Assembly (NCBI RefSeq): GCF_009914755.1
Contig: NC_060930.1
Length of the DNA stretch: 64,000 bases
Strand: one strand, 5' to 3'
Origin: the human T2T-CHM13v2.0 reference genome, Homo sapiens
A model generated the notes under the pieces. The model was not told where the DNA came from. It did not search any database and worked only from the letters and a program-made list of their open reading frames with translations. The translations under genes and the position numbers were made by a program. Shown here piece after piece: positions 14,301 through 26,894 of the stretch (position 1 is the first letter of the stretch; every line of letters starts with the position of its first letter).

Positions 14301-14703
14301 TTCCTCCAGTGGCCTATATTTTGATCTTTAAGATCTTGCTTCTGATTTTTATAGTTTATCTATTTCCTTCTTCACTTTCAGGCTGTCAGTGATTACATTT
14401 GCAGTCAACATGCCATCCTTTACCAGTGACAATGTTTGACTTCCATATACTGCTCCTAATCTCTAGCCAATCAGATCATCAAGCCTATTAAAACTAAGCC
14501 TAAAATAAGGACAAACAAGCTCTGAGTGAAGGCTGAATAGGTATTTTCTACCATTGCAGTTTGATAAAATCATTTCATGCATTATCCGTTTCTTTCTGAT
14601 GAGATATTTCTATTACCCAACTGACCATGCCACCCATTTAAGAAGATAATTTAAAGAAATGTTTTACCAACAAAATTTCCCACTCTTCTCTCATTCTCTT
14701 CTA

Positions 14704-15014
<311 letters not shown>

Positions 15015-15137
15015 ATAAACAAAACAAAACAACAACAACAACAACAAACCTACACTTCTGCTTAGAAGCAAGATCCCTACTGCCAGAAAAGTCTTCTTTA
15101 AGTACAGTCCATAGAAATGGTATCTTAATATATAAAC

Positions 15138-15320
15138 CACTGTTTCTCAAAGAGTAGTTCTCAGATCACCGGCAGCAGAATTACCTAATTTACCTCTTAA
15201 CATTAAGGTTCCCTGTGCCTCACCTCAGACCTAGTGAATCACATGCGTAGAGCATGGGGGCCTGAATTTTTTAACGCTCCTTGAAAGACCATCGTGCATG
15301 ATACAGCTTGAATCCACTGA
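15138..15320. mobile_element. MER5-like hAT-Charlie DNA transposon
   Basis: cactgtttctcaaa...cctcacctcagacctagtgaatca...gaatccactg. Confidence 0.7.
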
Positions 15321-16159
15321 TCTAAATAACCAAAGAGTACACATTGAAAATGTCAGTCTGAGCCCTAAAGACTCAAGTCCTCTATTTTACTACCAGTCTG
15401 CAAAATTTAATGAATGCCACCCTCTGCAATGCACTGGATAAAATTAAGTTTAAAAAGTTCAAGACAATAAAGTTTAAAGGTCACCTCTACCCAGAGAGTT
15501 TCCACTTTAATATGGAAGACAAAGCACAAACACATTAAAAAAAAAAAAAAAAAAAAACTTAAAAATAAGCACAAACAACATTTCAGGGGAGCCCAGTGAA
15601 TAGAGGACAAACGTGCTGAGAGGGGCAGAGCCTAGGACTAAACAGAATACAGTTGGGATTCAGAAAGGAAGAATTCTAAAACAAGTTTGGGGCAGAATTT
15701 AAACATAGCAATTTTCAAGTGGGTCTCTAAAAAGGTGTGATGATTGCCATAGGGCATTTAAGATCAAGGAGAAAATATGTATAATCATATCTCTTGGTAC
15801 CATAGTCAACACAGAAAGAGAAGTGTCCTGCAGGCTTATTAAAAAGATGAGATATTGGTTTGGGAAAACCTCCCTGAAAAGAAGGTTTTATAAACATATA
15901 TTATCTTTTGAGGCAGACAGAGGAGGTATTGTTATCCCCAGATTTACAGACGAGGAGACTAAGAATCATCTGAGACCCTTTTTTGCAGGGTTCTTATTAT
16001 AGGACAAAGCTGGTCCTTTCCTTCCATCAGGGACTCTTTGCTCAGCCTGACACTGCTCCCAGGAGAAGGATCATTAATTCACTGTCTCAGAAATGAGACA
16101 ACAAGCCATTCAAAAACATATTTCTCCCTCTGTCCAGTTCAAGAAACTATCAGGGGAAA

Positions 16160-16245
16160 TGTGTGTGAGTGTTTGTGTGTCTGTGATGCGTATGTGTGCA
16201 TGATATGTGTGCATGCATGTAGATCTATGCATGAGTGTGTGTGTC
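16160..16245. repeat. Degenerate (TG)n/(CATG)n simple repeat
   Basis: Alternating purine-pyrimidine tract. Confidence 0.85.
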
Positions 16246-16460
16246 GAGGGTATCACTGACTAATTTAACTGACCGCTCATCATTTCATAATTAATGAGTT
16301 ACTGTATTTTAGTGTCTAATGGATGTTTCAGTGCTAGTACTTATGGCTAATGATACTGAAAAGCAAAAGCCAATCAAAGTCTCTGACTTTGTGATTTGAT
16401 TTGTGATCAAGATAATTATCTGAAATCTCCATACTGGGTTAGTGACAGCAGGTTTCCTCT

Positions 16461-16626
16461 GGCTGTGCTATCCAGTATGGTAGGCACTAGCCATATGTGG
16501 CTGCTTAGGTTTAAATATAAAATTAGCATTAAATAAAATTTAAAAATTAGTTCCTCAGCTGCACGGCCACATTTCAAGTACCCCAAAGCCACTTGTGTTT
16601 AGTGGCTACCATATTGGCCAATGCAG
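16461..16626. mobile_element. MER3-like hAT-Charlie DNA transposon
   Basis: cactagccatatgtggct...agttcctcagctgcacggccacatttcaagt...agtggctaccatattgg. Confidence 0.85.
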
Positions 16627-16937
16627 TTCAATTGGAGAGCACTGCTCCAGAGTGTCAGTCTTTCTGAAAAGACAACTTCAGGCCTCAGTGTATACAACCA
16701 TTGTTATTTACATCTAGTTCCAAACACATGCTAATAACAGTGATCGAACTTTTGTCCCTCCCACTAAGGCTTCTCAAGCCCCTCTAGTAGAATTCATATA
16801 TTTCTCCTCAGAAATCCCTTCCCCCTTCTCCTCATCACACCTCTCTTCTCGTGGCTGTTTTCATCCTGGCTTGATAGCTACGTGCACATCCATCTCCTCT
16901 ACAGTCAGCTTCTCAAGGCCAGTGGGTCATGTTCAGT

Positions 16938-17246
16938 TACCAGTAATGGTCCATGGCCTTTTAGGAACCGCGTCGCACAGCACCAGGTGAGTGGTGGGCA
17001 AGCGAGCATTACTGCCTGAGCTCCACCTCCTATCAGAGCAGCGGTAGCATTAGATTCTCATAGGAGCGTGAAACCGACTGTGAACCGCGCATGCGAGGGA
17101 TCTAGGTTGCATGCTCCTTATGACAATCTAATGTCTGATGATCTGAGGTGGAACTGTTTCATCCGGAAACCATCCACCATCCCCACACCATGGAAAAATT
17201 CTCCTCCATGAAACTGGTTCCTGGTGCCAAAAAGGTTGGAGACTGT
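16938..17246. mobile_element. MER1B-like hAT-Charlie DNA transposon
   Basis: gcattagattctcataggagcgtgaa...catgaaactggttcctggtgccaaaaaggttggagactg. Confidence 0.9.
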
Positions 17247-18599
17247 GAGTTTAAAGAATGGTAAGGTTTTGTGATCATTCCTACGAGGTAGATGCTTAGG
17301 TGGAATTATTGCTTGTGCTGCACATTTATAAGGAGAAGAAAAAATCAAATGATTTTAGAAGTGGGTATGAAAATGTACTTAGCAGACATAAATCAGAAAA
17401 GCACTGGGCTGTATTGGAGGTATTGTTATCCCCAATTTACAGACGAGGAGACTAAGACTGTCATCAGCCAGCACACAGAGGATGGCCCCTTACCACAGCA
17501 GGGAGACAAAACCAGGACTCATGGTGACCTATGGGAACCGAACTGCTTAGCTTAGGATGAGCTTGTCAAAAAGTTGTATCAATTCATTTCTTACTCATGC
17601 TGTTACAACATCTTCAAAAACTCAAGCCTTGGGATGCTAATGAGAACTTCTACTTTCACTCTGACGACTTCTGAAACACGAAAAACGTACATTTCCTTCA
17701 TGCTATCATTTGGATAGTTTCAAAGTACCTGAAGTATGAACAATATCTGATTTTTTCAATAAACCAGTTTGAGGGGGAAAACCCATGGATCAGGGCACAC
17801 TGGCTGTCCCCATGAAGACAGAAAATACTAAAAAGGATTGAAGAGTTATCACACTGGTACTTCACTGCTCACTGCTTTCTTTTGCCAGCTTCAATGCCAT
17901 ACTTAACTAAGTATCTAATTGCCATACTTAACTAAGTTTCTAGGCACTTTCCCACAAGCCTTGGAAGAAAGAGGTGTCTACAGGGCCACCATAGACCAGA
18001 GGAAAGGTAAAACACGGGAAATGAAACCAAGTAACGTGGTGAGAGCACAACTGATGACAATCACAGAGAGCACAGTCGACTGCAGGGGGTGCTGAATGTG
18101 GCCTTCAGAGGAAGTGAAACTTAGAACAGGGCCAAAGATGCATCACTTTCCACAAGAAAAGTCACCCACTCTTGCCCCATCCTCACCTCCACGCCATCTC
18201 GTGGCTCACCATTGTGGCATTTCTTCATCGTCAACATTCCAGATTGATAAAAAGTAGTAAATTAAAGACTGGCCCAGCAAAGTCCCTGATCAGCCGGATC
18301 ACCAGCAGCAAGTTGCACGTTTGCACGTGTCTCTCCCACCACAGTGTACCGCAAAACTCAGTCAGGTTAGAGCCCTGAAATATTATCAGGCTCTCAGTAT
18401 ATGAAAAAAAAAAAAGTGCCTGAGATGTGCTTGGAGATTGCAGTCATAGTACTGGGGATGGGCTCTGGCAGCAGCCCCTTGAAGCAGAACCTGAGCTAAC
18501 ACTGCGTATCCGTAGGTAACCGTGGGCAAGCAACTGACCCTTCTTGGTGCCCCCATTTTCTCACATGTCAGCCACAGTTATCATGTGCCATCAAATTTA

Positions 18600-18780
18600 A
18601 GTGGTCTACCAATTCTAAGACATAAGCTTTTTTTTCATATTTTAACATTTTTGAAATCAGAATGTGTCTTACTATGGATGGCATCTTTCAAAAAAAATTG
18701 GAATCTTTGTTTTCCTTTCTTAGAGGTACATCAAATGCCATCTTACAACCGATGATACCTTAGAGTCTATGAAATTTGGA
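18600..18780. mobile_element. MER104-like TcMar DNA transposon inserted into a MIR (MIR halves about 18440-18570 and 18781-18890)
   Basis: attctaagacat...ttttaacatttttgaaatcagaatgtgtctta...cttacaaccgatgataccttagagtctatgaaat; MIR-like sequence on both sides. Confidence 0.7.
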
Positions 18781-19567
18781 GCCTACTTTATAAAGTATCG
18801 ATAAAGATTAAATTAGTTAATTTAGGTCAAGTATTTAGAATAGCGGTTGGTCTTGAGTAAGCTGCTCAGTAATTATTAGTCACTATTAAATTTATGACTC
18901 TGAAAATGGGCAGAGTCATAACAGACAATCAACACATTTTTACTCATAAACTGTGTGTTAAAATGATGGCTGATGCAGAAGTGTTGCAGGGAGAGGTTAA
19001 ATGACTATTCAAAACCTGATGTATCCCCAGCCCTTGGTGCATAGTAGTTGGTACATAATAAATAATTGTTAACTAAATCAATTGAATGCACAACCCAGCC
19101 TTACTCATGCCAAAAGTCTCTTCATCAAACATAAATATCTAATATTCTTTCCATACAAAGGGAAACCAGCAAGAACATGGTTCTTTTATGCTAAGTGACA
19201 AAGAGCAGATTCCTACTTTTTGAAGGCTTTGAATATTTTTCCAGATGAAGACTTCATGCAGGTTTTCTTCTCCGGTAATGCCCTTTCTACCTCAACTTTC
19301 CACAAATTTAAATCCTGAGCCCCTTCTTTTAAGGCCCAATTCAAATTTCATCTCCTCTAAGAACTGTTTTTCCCCACTATTTCTCCCCCATTTAATCTTC
19401 TTTCTATTCCTACTCCTTACATTTACCTCAGCTACCATTAAACACTTAATTTGAACCTCACTGGACACAATAATATTAAAATATTGTGTAAGAATGGGAA
19501 CTGGGTCATGATTGTCACTGCTTCCCCTGGAGAGCCTTACGCAAGAGGGAAATCTGCTTGAATCCTC

Positions 19568-19980
19568 TTGTTATGTGTGGAATTGTGGCCCCCCAAAAAG
19601 AAACATTGAAGTTCTAACTTCCATACCTCAGAATGCAGCCTTGTTTGGAAATAAGGTCCTTGCAGATGTAATTAGTTAGGATGACATCACACTGTAGTAG
19701 GGTGGGCCCCTTATCCAACATGACAGAAATGGCGAACACTACATGAAGACTGAGGCAGAGACTACAGTAATGAGGAGCCCAGGAACAACTAGGATTGCAA
19801 ACCATGGCCAGAGGCTGGGAGAGAGGCACAGAACAGATTTCCCCTCACAGCCCTCAGAAGAGCTAACCCTGCTGACACCTTGGCTTCACACTTGCAGCCT
19901 CCAGAACTGTGAGACAATAGATGTCTTTTGTTTTCAGCCACCCAGCATGTGGGACTTTATCACAGCAGCCCTGGCAAAAT
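19568..19980 (+). mobile_element. MaLR solo LTR (MLT1B/C-like)
   Basis: tgttatg start; ccttgtttggaaataaggtccttgcagatgtaattagtta; gcctccagaactgtgagacaata...cagcagccctggcaaa end. Confidence 0.9.
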
Positions 19981-20099
19981 CTCTATTGCACCTCTCCTCA
20001 CATAGATGCTATGACACTGGACTCTCTTTTATTATGGACCTCTAGCCAGCCTTTCTTAATCTTGGTGGCATCACTCCCTTGAATCAGGCCTGTAAAAGT

Positions 20100-21250
20100 T
20101 AGGGTTTCTCCAGAGTTAGCCCCACACTCTCTTTTCGTCTCTGTTCTCTTTACACCCTCTCATCCACTACAACTCAGACACCATCTATACATTAAGGACA
20201 CCCACTTCCATCTCCAGACCACCCCTTCCTCCAGACTCCTATGATCAACTGACTACTTGGCATCTCCATTTAGATAATTCAAAGCCGCTTTAAACTCAAC
20301 AAATCCAAAAACAAAAGTCACCACTTTCTTAAACCTGGCTTTCCCCTTAGTGAGCCCCATCCCAATAAATTGTGCCTCTGCCCATTCAGGCATGCAGACC
20401 ACACACTTAGGACTCATTCTAGGCTACGTCCTCTCCTTCACTCTCTACAGGTACTATCAAGCCCTATCTATTTCTCCTCCTGGAAATCTCTCAAATCTCA
20501 CCAATCTTTCTCTGGTCTCCACCTCTACCTCTTTAATTCACTGTAGTGGATTAGTCTAGTGTAGTCATCTACTCCCTGGTTTACTGCAGTAATCTCTTGA
20601 CTAGTTCTAGATCCAATCTTGCCACCCTCCAATTTGTTCACCATGCAAAGCTCAACTACATAGTCCAAGTAAATTTCAAAATGCAAATCTAATCCTTTCA
20701 TCCCCATGTCTGAACAACTTCTATGGGTTTCCATTCAAGTTGGGATGAAGACCAAAATCCTAAACTGAGTTTATAAGACCCTGTGTGGACCAAGCCCTGT
20801 GCAGCTCCCTTGTTCTTGGTGCTCCAGCCACAGCAGTGTTCCTTTACGCCTTTGATTAGAACCATGATCCCACTGATCACAGGTCCTGTGCCCTAGCTGT
20901 TCCCTCCACCTGGAGAATCCACCAACCCCTTCACTTATTTAATGCTCCCCATTAGTCAATTTGGGCTCAAGACATCCGTTTCTCAGAAAAATCTTTCCCT
21001 GACTTCATCAAAGAGATGAAGCTCTCCTGTTCTCCTCTCTCCTGGCACCTTAAAAGCATAATTTATAATTATAAGAGTAGGAAAGAAGTTATCAACTAAT
21101 TTATAATTCTACAGCTGTATGATTGTCAGATTAATATGGATTAGGGTCCTCCAATGAGGACTGAAACTCTTTGTTCCTGCTGTATCCCCAGCTCTCAGAT
21201 CAGCATCCAGCACCTAACAGCTACTCAATAAGTATTTGTTAAATAATCAA
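20100..21250 (+). mobile_element. LINE-2 3' region
   Basis: L2 body (ctacttggcatctccatttagata...tcaaaatgcaaatctaatc) and 3' end (gctgtatccccagc...ctcaataagtatttgttaaat). Confidence 0.8.
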
Positions 21251-22178
21251 CAGTAAGCAAATATCCTTTACATATTGAAAGAAACTACTGTTTTAATTGT
21301 ATACCATATTATGATGGAAATTATTTCTCTAGAAAGATACATACAGTATTTAATTTTCCTAAGGCTTCTACTGTAGCATAATGGACATACTATAAATGTG
21401 ACAGGCTGGTTTACTGTATGTTAACTATATTTTAAATGCACTTCTTCTAATATTGTACTGTTAATAATTATGCTGCCATAAGCAATTATTAACTTATGTC
21501 ACTCATCCAAAATTTCAAAGGTGATTAGTTGATAACTTCTTTGCTACTCTTATTCCAATAGTCCAAAAACAAGTAAATAAAATTTTACTAACAGTTTCGT
21601 ATGTGATGTACTGTTGGTTTTATCACTAATTCTCTCTTCTCCAGGATCATCAACCTACTTGATATGAAAAACAGAATACATGAATAATGAAAACAAAGGT
21701 TATATCACTCCAACCCTATTAAACAATTTTCCTCAAAATTTTCTGAGTGCAGATCTTGGTACAGCTCTGCATAGGGACAGTGACAGCCACCGCAGCAGAA
21801 GCAACAGGTATGAATGACATCCACGTGACACTACATGCGCTGCAAGTGGCAACAATTCTGAGTGCATGTGGATTCCAAATAACAAATTTTATTCTCATTA
21901 ACAGTGATGATAAAAAATATAACACATATTTCTAAATGATGGGAAAACATTAGTATTTCCTAACTTATTTCATTAAATAAGAAACTTATAAACAACTTCC
22001 AATCACACATGTACTCAACTACCACCAACCTTGATACAGAGGAGTCCAAAGTAAAGACAGCAAAGCTAATCCATATCCCAAATAATCATATCTGAGTATT
22101 AGACACAGAAATTCTGCTCTTATCAGATAAAGAAAGTAGCTTCACACACCTTCTCAAAATCATAATATGCTTCTGTAA

Positions 22179-22468
22179 TTTTTTTTTTTTGAGATAGAGT
22201 CTTGCTCTGTTGCCCAGGCTACAGCGCAGTGGAGCAACCTTGGCTCACTGCAAGCTCCGCCTCCTGGGTTCAAGCAGTTCTCCTGCTTCAGCCTCTCGAG
22301 TAGCTGGGATTACAGGCATGCACCACCACGCCTGGCTGATTTTTGCATTTTTAGTAGACAGGTTTTGCCATGTTGGCCAGGCTGGTTTCAAACTTCTGAC
22401 CTCAAGCAATCCACCCACCTTGGCCTCCCAAAGTGCTGGGATTATAGACATGAGCCATCATGCCCGGA
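22179..22468 (-). mobile_element. AluS, full length
   Basis: Poly-T followed by reverse Alu; TSD tctgtaattt on both sides. Confidence 0.97.
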
Positions 22469-22601
22469 GCGTCTGTAATTTTAACAAGAACAATGTGAGC
22501 CATGAAATGAAACTACAACAGTCTCTCTACTTCAGTCTCAATACCTTTTTCCTTAAACCCTTTCCTCTTTGCCTCCCTATTTATTTTTCCCTATTTATTT
22601 T

Positions 22602-22742
22602 ATTTACTTTTATTTATTTATCAATAGAGACCGGGTTTCGCCATTTTGGCCAGGCTGGTCTCAAAGTCCTGACCTCAGGTGATCCGCCTGCCTCGGCCTC
22701 CCAAAGTGCTGAGATTAAAGGCCTGAGCCATCGCTCACAGCC
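22602..22742 (-). mobile_element. AluS left monomer only, with A-rich tail
   Basis: Reverse complement reads GGCTGTGAGCGATGGCTCAGGCC...GGATCACCTGAGGTCAGG...GTCTCTA then (TAAA)n; flanked by ccctatttatttt. Confidence 0.9.
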
Positions 22743-24579
22743 CTATTTATTTTTTTCTATTAAACGAACTCAAGAGTTAAAATTACAACAGCACCCAGAG
22801 AGTTGCCACGAATGTGGATGCCGCATTCTTCTAGCTGCATCCTCCTGGGTCTTCCACCCTAAAGCTTTAACAGACCGCGTGCCTCCTAACGACAGCATCT
22901 GGATGTTCTGCCCTGGCTTTGCGACGCTGCAGGCCTGTGGCTGTTTCAGAATTGTCTCCCCAAGATTCATGCCCATGAGATCATGCCAAGCTGACCTCTT
23001 CAGAACGTGATACCCTGAAGCACAGCTGTAAAAATAGAGCACTCCATAACAACTTCTTATTCACCAATAAAAAACATAATGTTCTTTCACTTTTAGGGAA
23101 TTAACATGTTCATGTAATTTTTTGAAGACAAGGTGAAATAAATGAAGAAAAGAGCCTTAAGTTATATAAATGTATTTTCTCATGACAAAACAATGTAAAA
23201 ACAAACACAGGTTCCAGTAATTTAGAAAAAGTGATGTCATAAAAGCCATGTAACCAAGTCTGAAGTCTCAAATCATTCCCACTATAATTTTTTAAATATT
23301 AACACCTGTAGTTAACACATTCATGTTTCTTTATAATACATAATTCCCTACCTATTATTTTACTTTTAAGTCATGCAATTTAGATTGTTTTATTCTTAAA
23401 ATACATTCCTCTGCTTTGATTTTTATGTCTTTATTAACTTCAAGTTACCCATCTGTCCATTTCTCTACCAAATTTAATGACATTTTCATTTACTCACACT
23501 GGCTTTCTTAATTCCAGTATATTTTCAGTGTGTTCTTATTTTACAGTTACAAAAACACAAGCAGAAAGAAGCCTCAAAAATTATACAGACCTTTGAGGCA
23601 AGTCACCTCAACTTTCTTTTTTAATGAAACAGATTGAAATGAAAGTAAAATTAGAAAACAATACTGTTAAATGCCCTTTATGTGAAATATACAAAATATT
23701 CTCTGCTCTCTTCCTGATAGTTGTTTTCTTCGCCAGTTTCAGAGCTTTATAGTTTAATATTGACTCATAATTGTGCTTTAAAAATTAAAAAGCAAATCCT
23801 ATTATATTCTTATTGGATAGGTAAGGAATGTATTTTACCAGCTGCAGCTCACATCAGGAACCGTCTATAAATGTCTTCTATGCAAATCTAGATCCACAGT
23901 AACAGGCTCAAATGCAAGCCATTTTTTTCAGAATCACATTTCTTTTAAGGAAACACATGTCACAATGCAGTTTATAATATGGGTAAGTTTATCATTATTC
24001 TACTCAAAGACCCACTTTTATAATTATTCTCTTACTTGCCTTCTACAAATAAAGTCCATGTTCAAACCTATTAAGCTTTGGGAAATAAGATGTAATATAC
24101 ATTATCTATGCAAAAATAATAAAATGGCATTTTAAAATACTGATAAGTTTATTGAGTTAAAAATTGATACCCTGACATGGATCTTACTCTGTTCCTTTCA
24201 CATTTAGTGTGCTATTCTCTAGTAATGTTAATAAGTTGTAAATAAATGTAAGCAAACTCTACATTGGTCACTGATGTGAAAGAGCAAAGAATTAGTCCTC
24301 AAAGGAGGCAGAAATGTTAACCTATTCAAAGGATGTAACAACAGAAGTTGAAAAACACTTTGTTCTGTATAAAAACAGAGCTTCCTAAGTATATTTTTAT
24401 GTCATTAGACATAAACTCTTTAAAAGTATTTCTACAGTAGGAAAGTTGGTTCTATCAAATTTAATTATTCTGTTCACTGTAAAGACACAATAGTTGGATC
24501 TTTCTATAAGCCTAACAAACATTTCCTCTACCACTCATTTTATCTCCAAAGGTAAGAATTACAGTCCCATTTTGTGTAA

Positions 24580-25005
24580 CTGCTACATGACGTCACAGAG
24601 TTATAGCTAAAAAGAAAGTCACAAATGTAAGGATAATATCCCTTCTATCATATTCTGCTACTTATTTGTCACTCAATTATCTTTGTATCTCCGAAGTCCT
24701 GGCTTCCAAAGGTTCGGCATGCAGAGCTGACCTTGGTCTAGTCCTCCGTCACATGTGAGTGGCTCACGGCTTCACTTTGAGCCCTACCCATGGTGTCCAC
24801 TCTTGTACTATCCAGATCACAGGTATGTATTAAAGACCTCCTCTCTGACAACCAAGACCCCATGATTCTTATTGGATAGCAGGAGGGAGAACTCATTTGG
24901 AAATTCCCTAATTTCCAGGAAATCAATTCCTGAATACATCATGTGCTTCAAGAATTTAGAAACTGGGTTATCACATAGGTAACAGAAGAATAAACTTCTC
25001 TGAAG
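24580..25005. promoter_or_regulatory. Candidate inducible enhancer (CRE + NF-kB + STAT)
   Basis: Perfect CRE TGACGTCA 24588-24595, perfect kB GGGAATTTCC on the minus strand 24899-24908, and GAS TTCCAGGAA 24913-24921, in unique sequence. Confidence 0.45.
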
Positions 25006-25096
25006 AAAATAAAAGGGATGAGGTACCTACCACCAACAAGGAGATAAAAAATTTTATACTCAGATTGACTAGTCTGGATTAAAAATTTATTAATCC

Positions 25097-25392
25097 AGCT
25101 GGGCATGGTAGCTCACGCCTGTAATCCTAGCACTTTGGGAAGCTGAGGCAGGAGGATCACTTGAGCCCAGGAGTTCCAGATCAGCCTAAGCAACATAGGG
25201 AGAACCCATTTCTACAAAAAATTTAAAAAATTAGCTGGGAATCGGAGCACATGCCTGTAGTCCCAGCTACTTGGGAGACTGAGGTAGGAGGATCCTGTGA
25301 GCCCAGGAGGTAGAGGCTGTAGTGAGCTATTATCATGCCACTGCAATCCACAGTGAGTGACAGAGGGAGATCCTGTCTCAATATACATATAT
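25097..25392 (+). mobile_element. AluJ
   Basis: ggaggatcacttgagcccaggagttc J-type diagnostics; both monomers. Confidence 0.95.
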
Positions 25393-25643
25393 AAATCCAT
25401 CTCTTTTCCCCAATTTATTCATTCATTCACCCATTCATTCAGCAAAAGTATACAGAGCTACAGTAAGGAAGCAGGTCATGAAAAAGGAAAGTCTGGGATT
25501 TGAATTAGGACTGCCGGAGCTTAAATGCAAGCTCCAAAACATACTAGCAGTGTGACAAGATATTTAACTTCTCTGCCCTTCCAATGTTTTCATCTATAAA
25601 ATAAGAAGACAAACAGCCCTGCCTCAAAAAAATAAAAAGTTTA

Positions 25644-25941
<298 letters not shown>

Positions 25942-26894
25942 GAGGATAACACATGTAAAAGGCCTAGAAAAGTGTCTGATGTTCAGTTTTTTTTAATTAT
26001 CATTATGAACTAAAAATCCCATCAGATTCTGAAGTTACAGTGATAAAATAAGGCTCTATTGCCCTATCCCTACTGAGGATTACAATCTAAGTCAGGCCAT
26101 GTATTAATCTCAAACCAGTAGTTAATCCTAATCTGAAATAACTAGGGAGAAAAAGGATTGTCAAACTTCTTTTGGAAATCTAGGACTTAATCCTCCTTTA
26201 GTCAGAAACTTTGGGATCTAATTTAAATGCCTTCTCCACACTTCCAAAAAATCAAAGCTTAAATAGTCAATCACCCTAAATAGCAAATGACAGATCAAAC
26301 TACATGCTGGCAATTTCCTAATTATTAATCACTTTTCAGTTCTTATCTTACTTTAACTCTCCATAGCATATGGTATTGATGCTTAAAGTCTCTTTGGGGA
26401 AACTCAACTTCGTTGGCGTCTAAGACGTGACCCTTTCTTCATTTCCCTCCTCTCTGTCTAGTCCACATCCTCAGGATCTGGCTCATCTTACATCTCTATC
26501 CCATTTTTCACAATCTCCCACTTGTCCTTTAAACTTCAGCCATACTAAGCTCTTTAAAATTCCCCAAACTCGCTATGCATTCTCAAACTCTCACCAAGCT
26601 GCTCTCAGTGTCTATTGATCCTTCCAAAGGCAGCTGAGGGAATGTTCCATTTCACCTCTTCTGCAAGGAGGGTTTAGGGCTCCCTCCAGGCCCTTCTTTT
26701 CACCCTCTGCTTCCCCCTACTTTTGCCCTTATTCCAATATCCTAATTCTTGAATTGCAAGTCAGTTCCTTCACTTGACTATGATGTCTTTGGGGATAGCA
26801 ACACAAGCTCTCAATTCGCATTTAATAAATATAAATAACCACATAAGTATACTTCTAAAATTTTAAAATAGTAAGATCCAGAGTGGCCTGAACT

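Noticed and set aside
22210-23010. Longest ORF in the track (266 aa)
   Set aside because: Translation of two antisense Alu sequences plus flank, with a non-ATG start; a classic Alu-derived spurious ORF.
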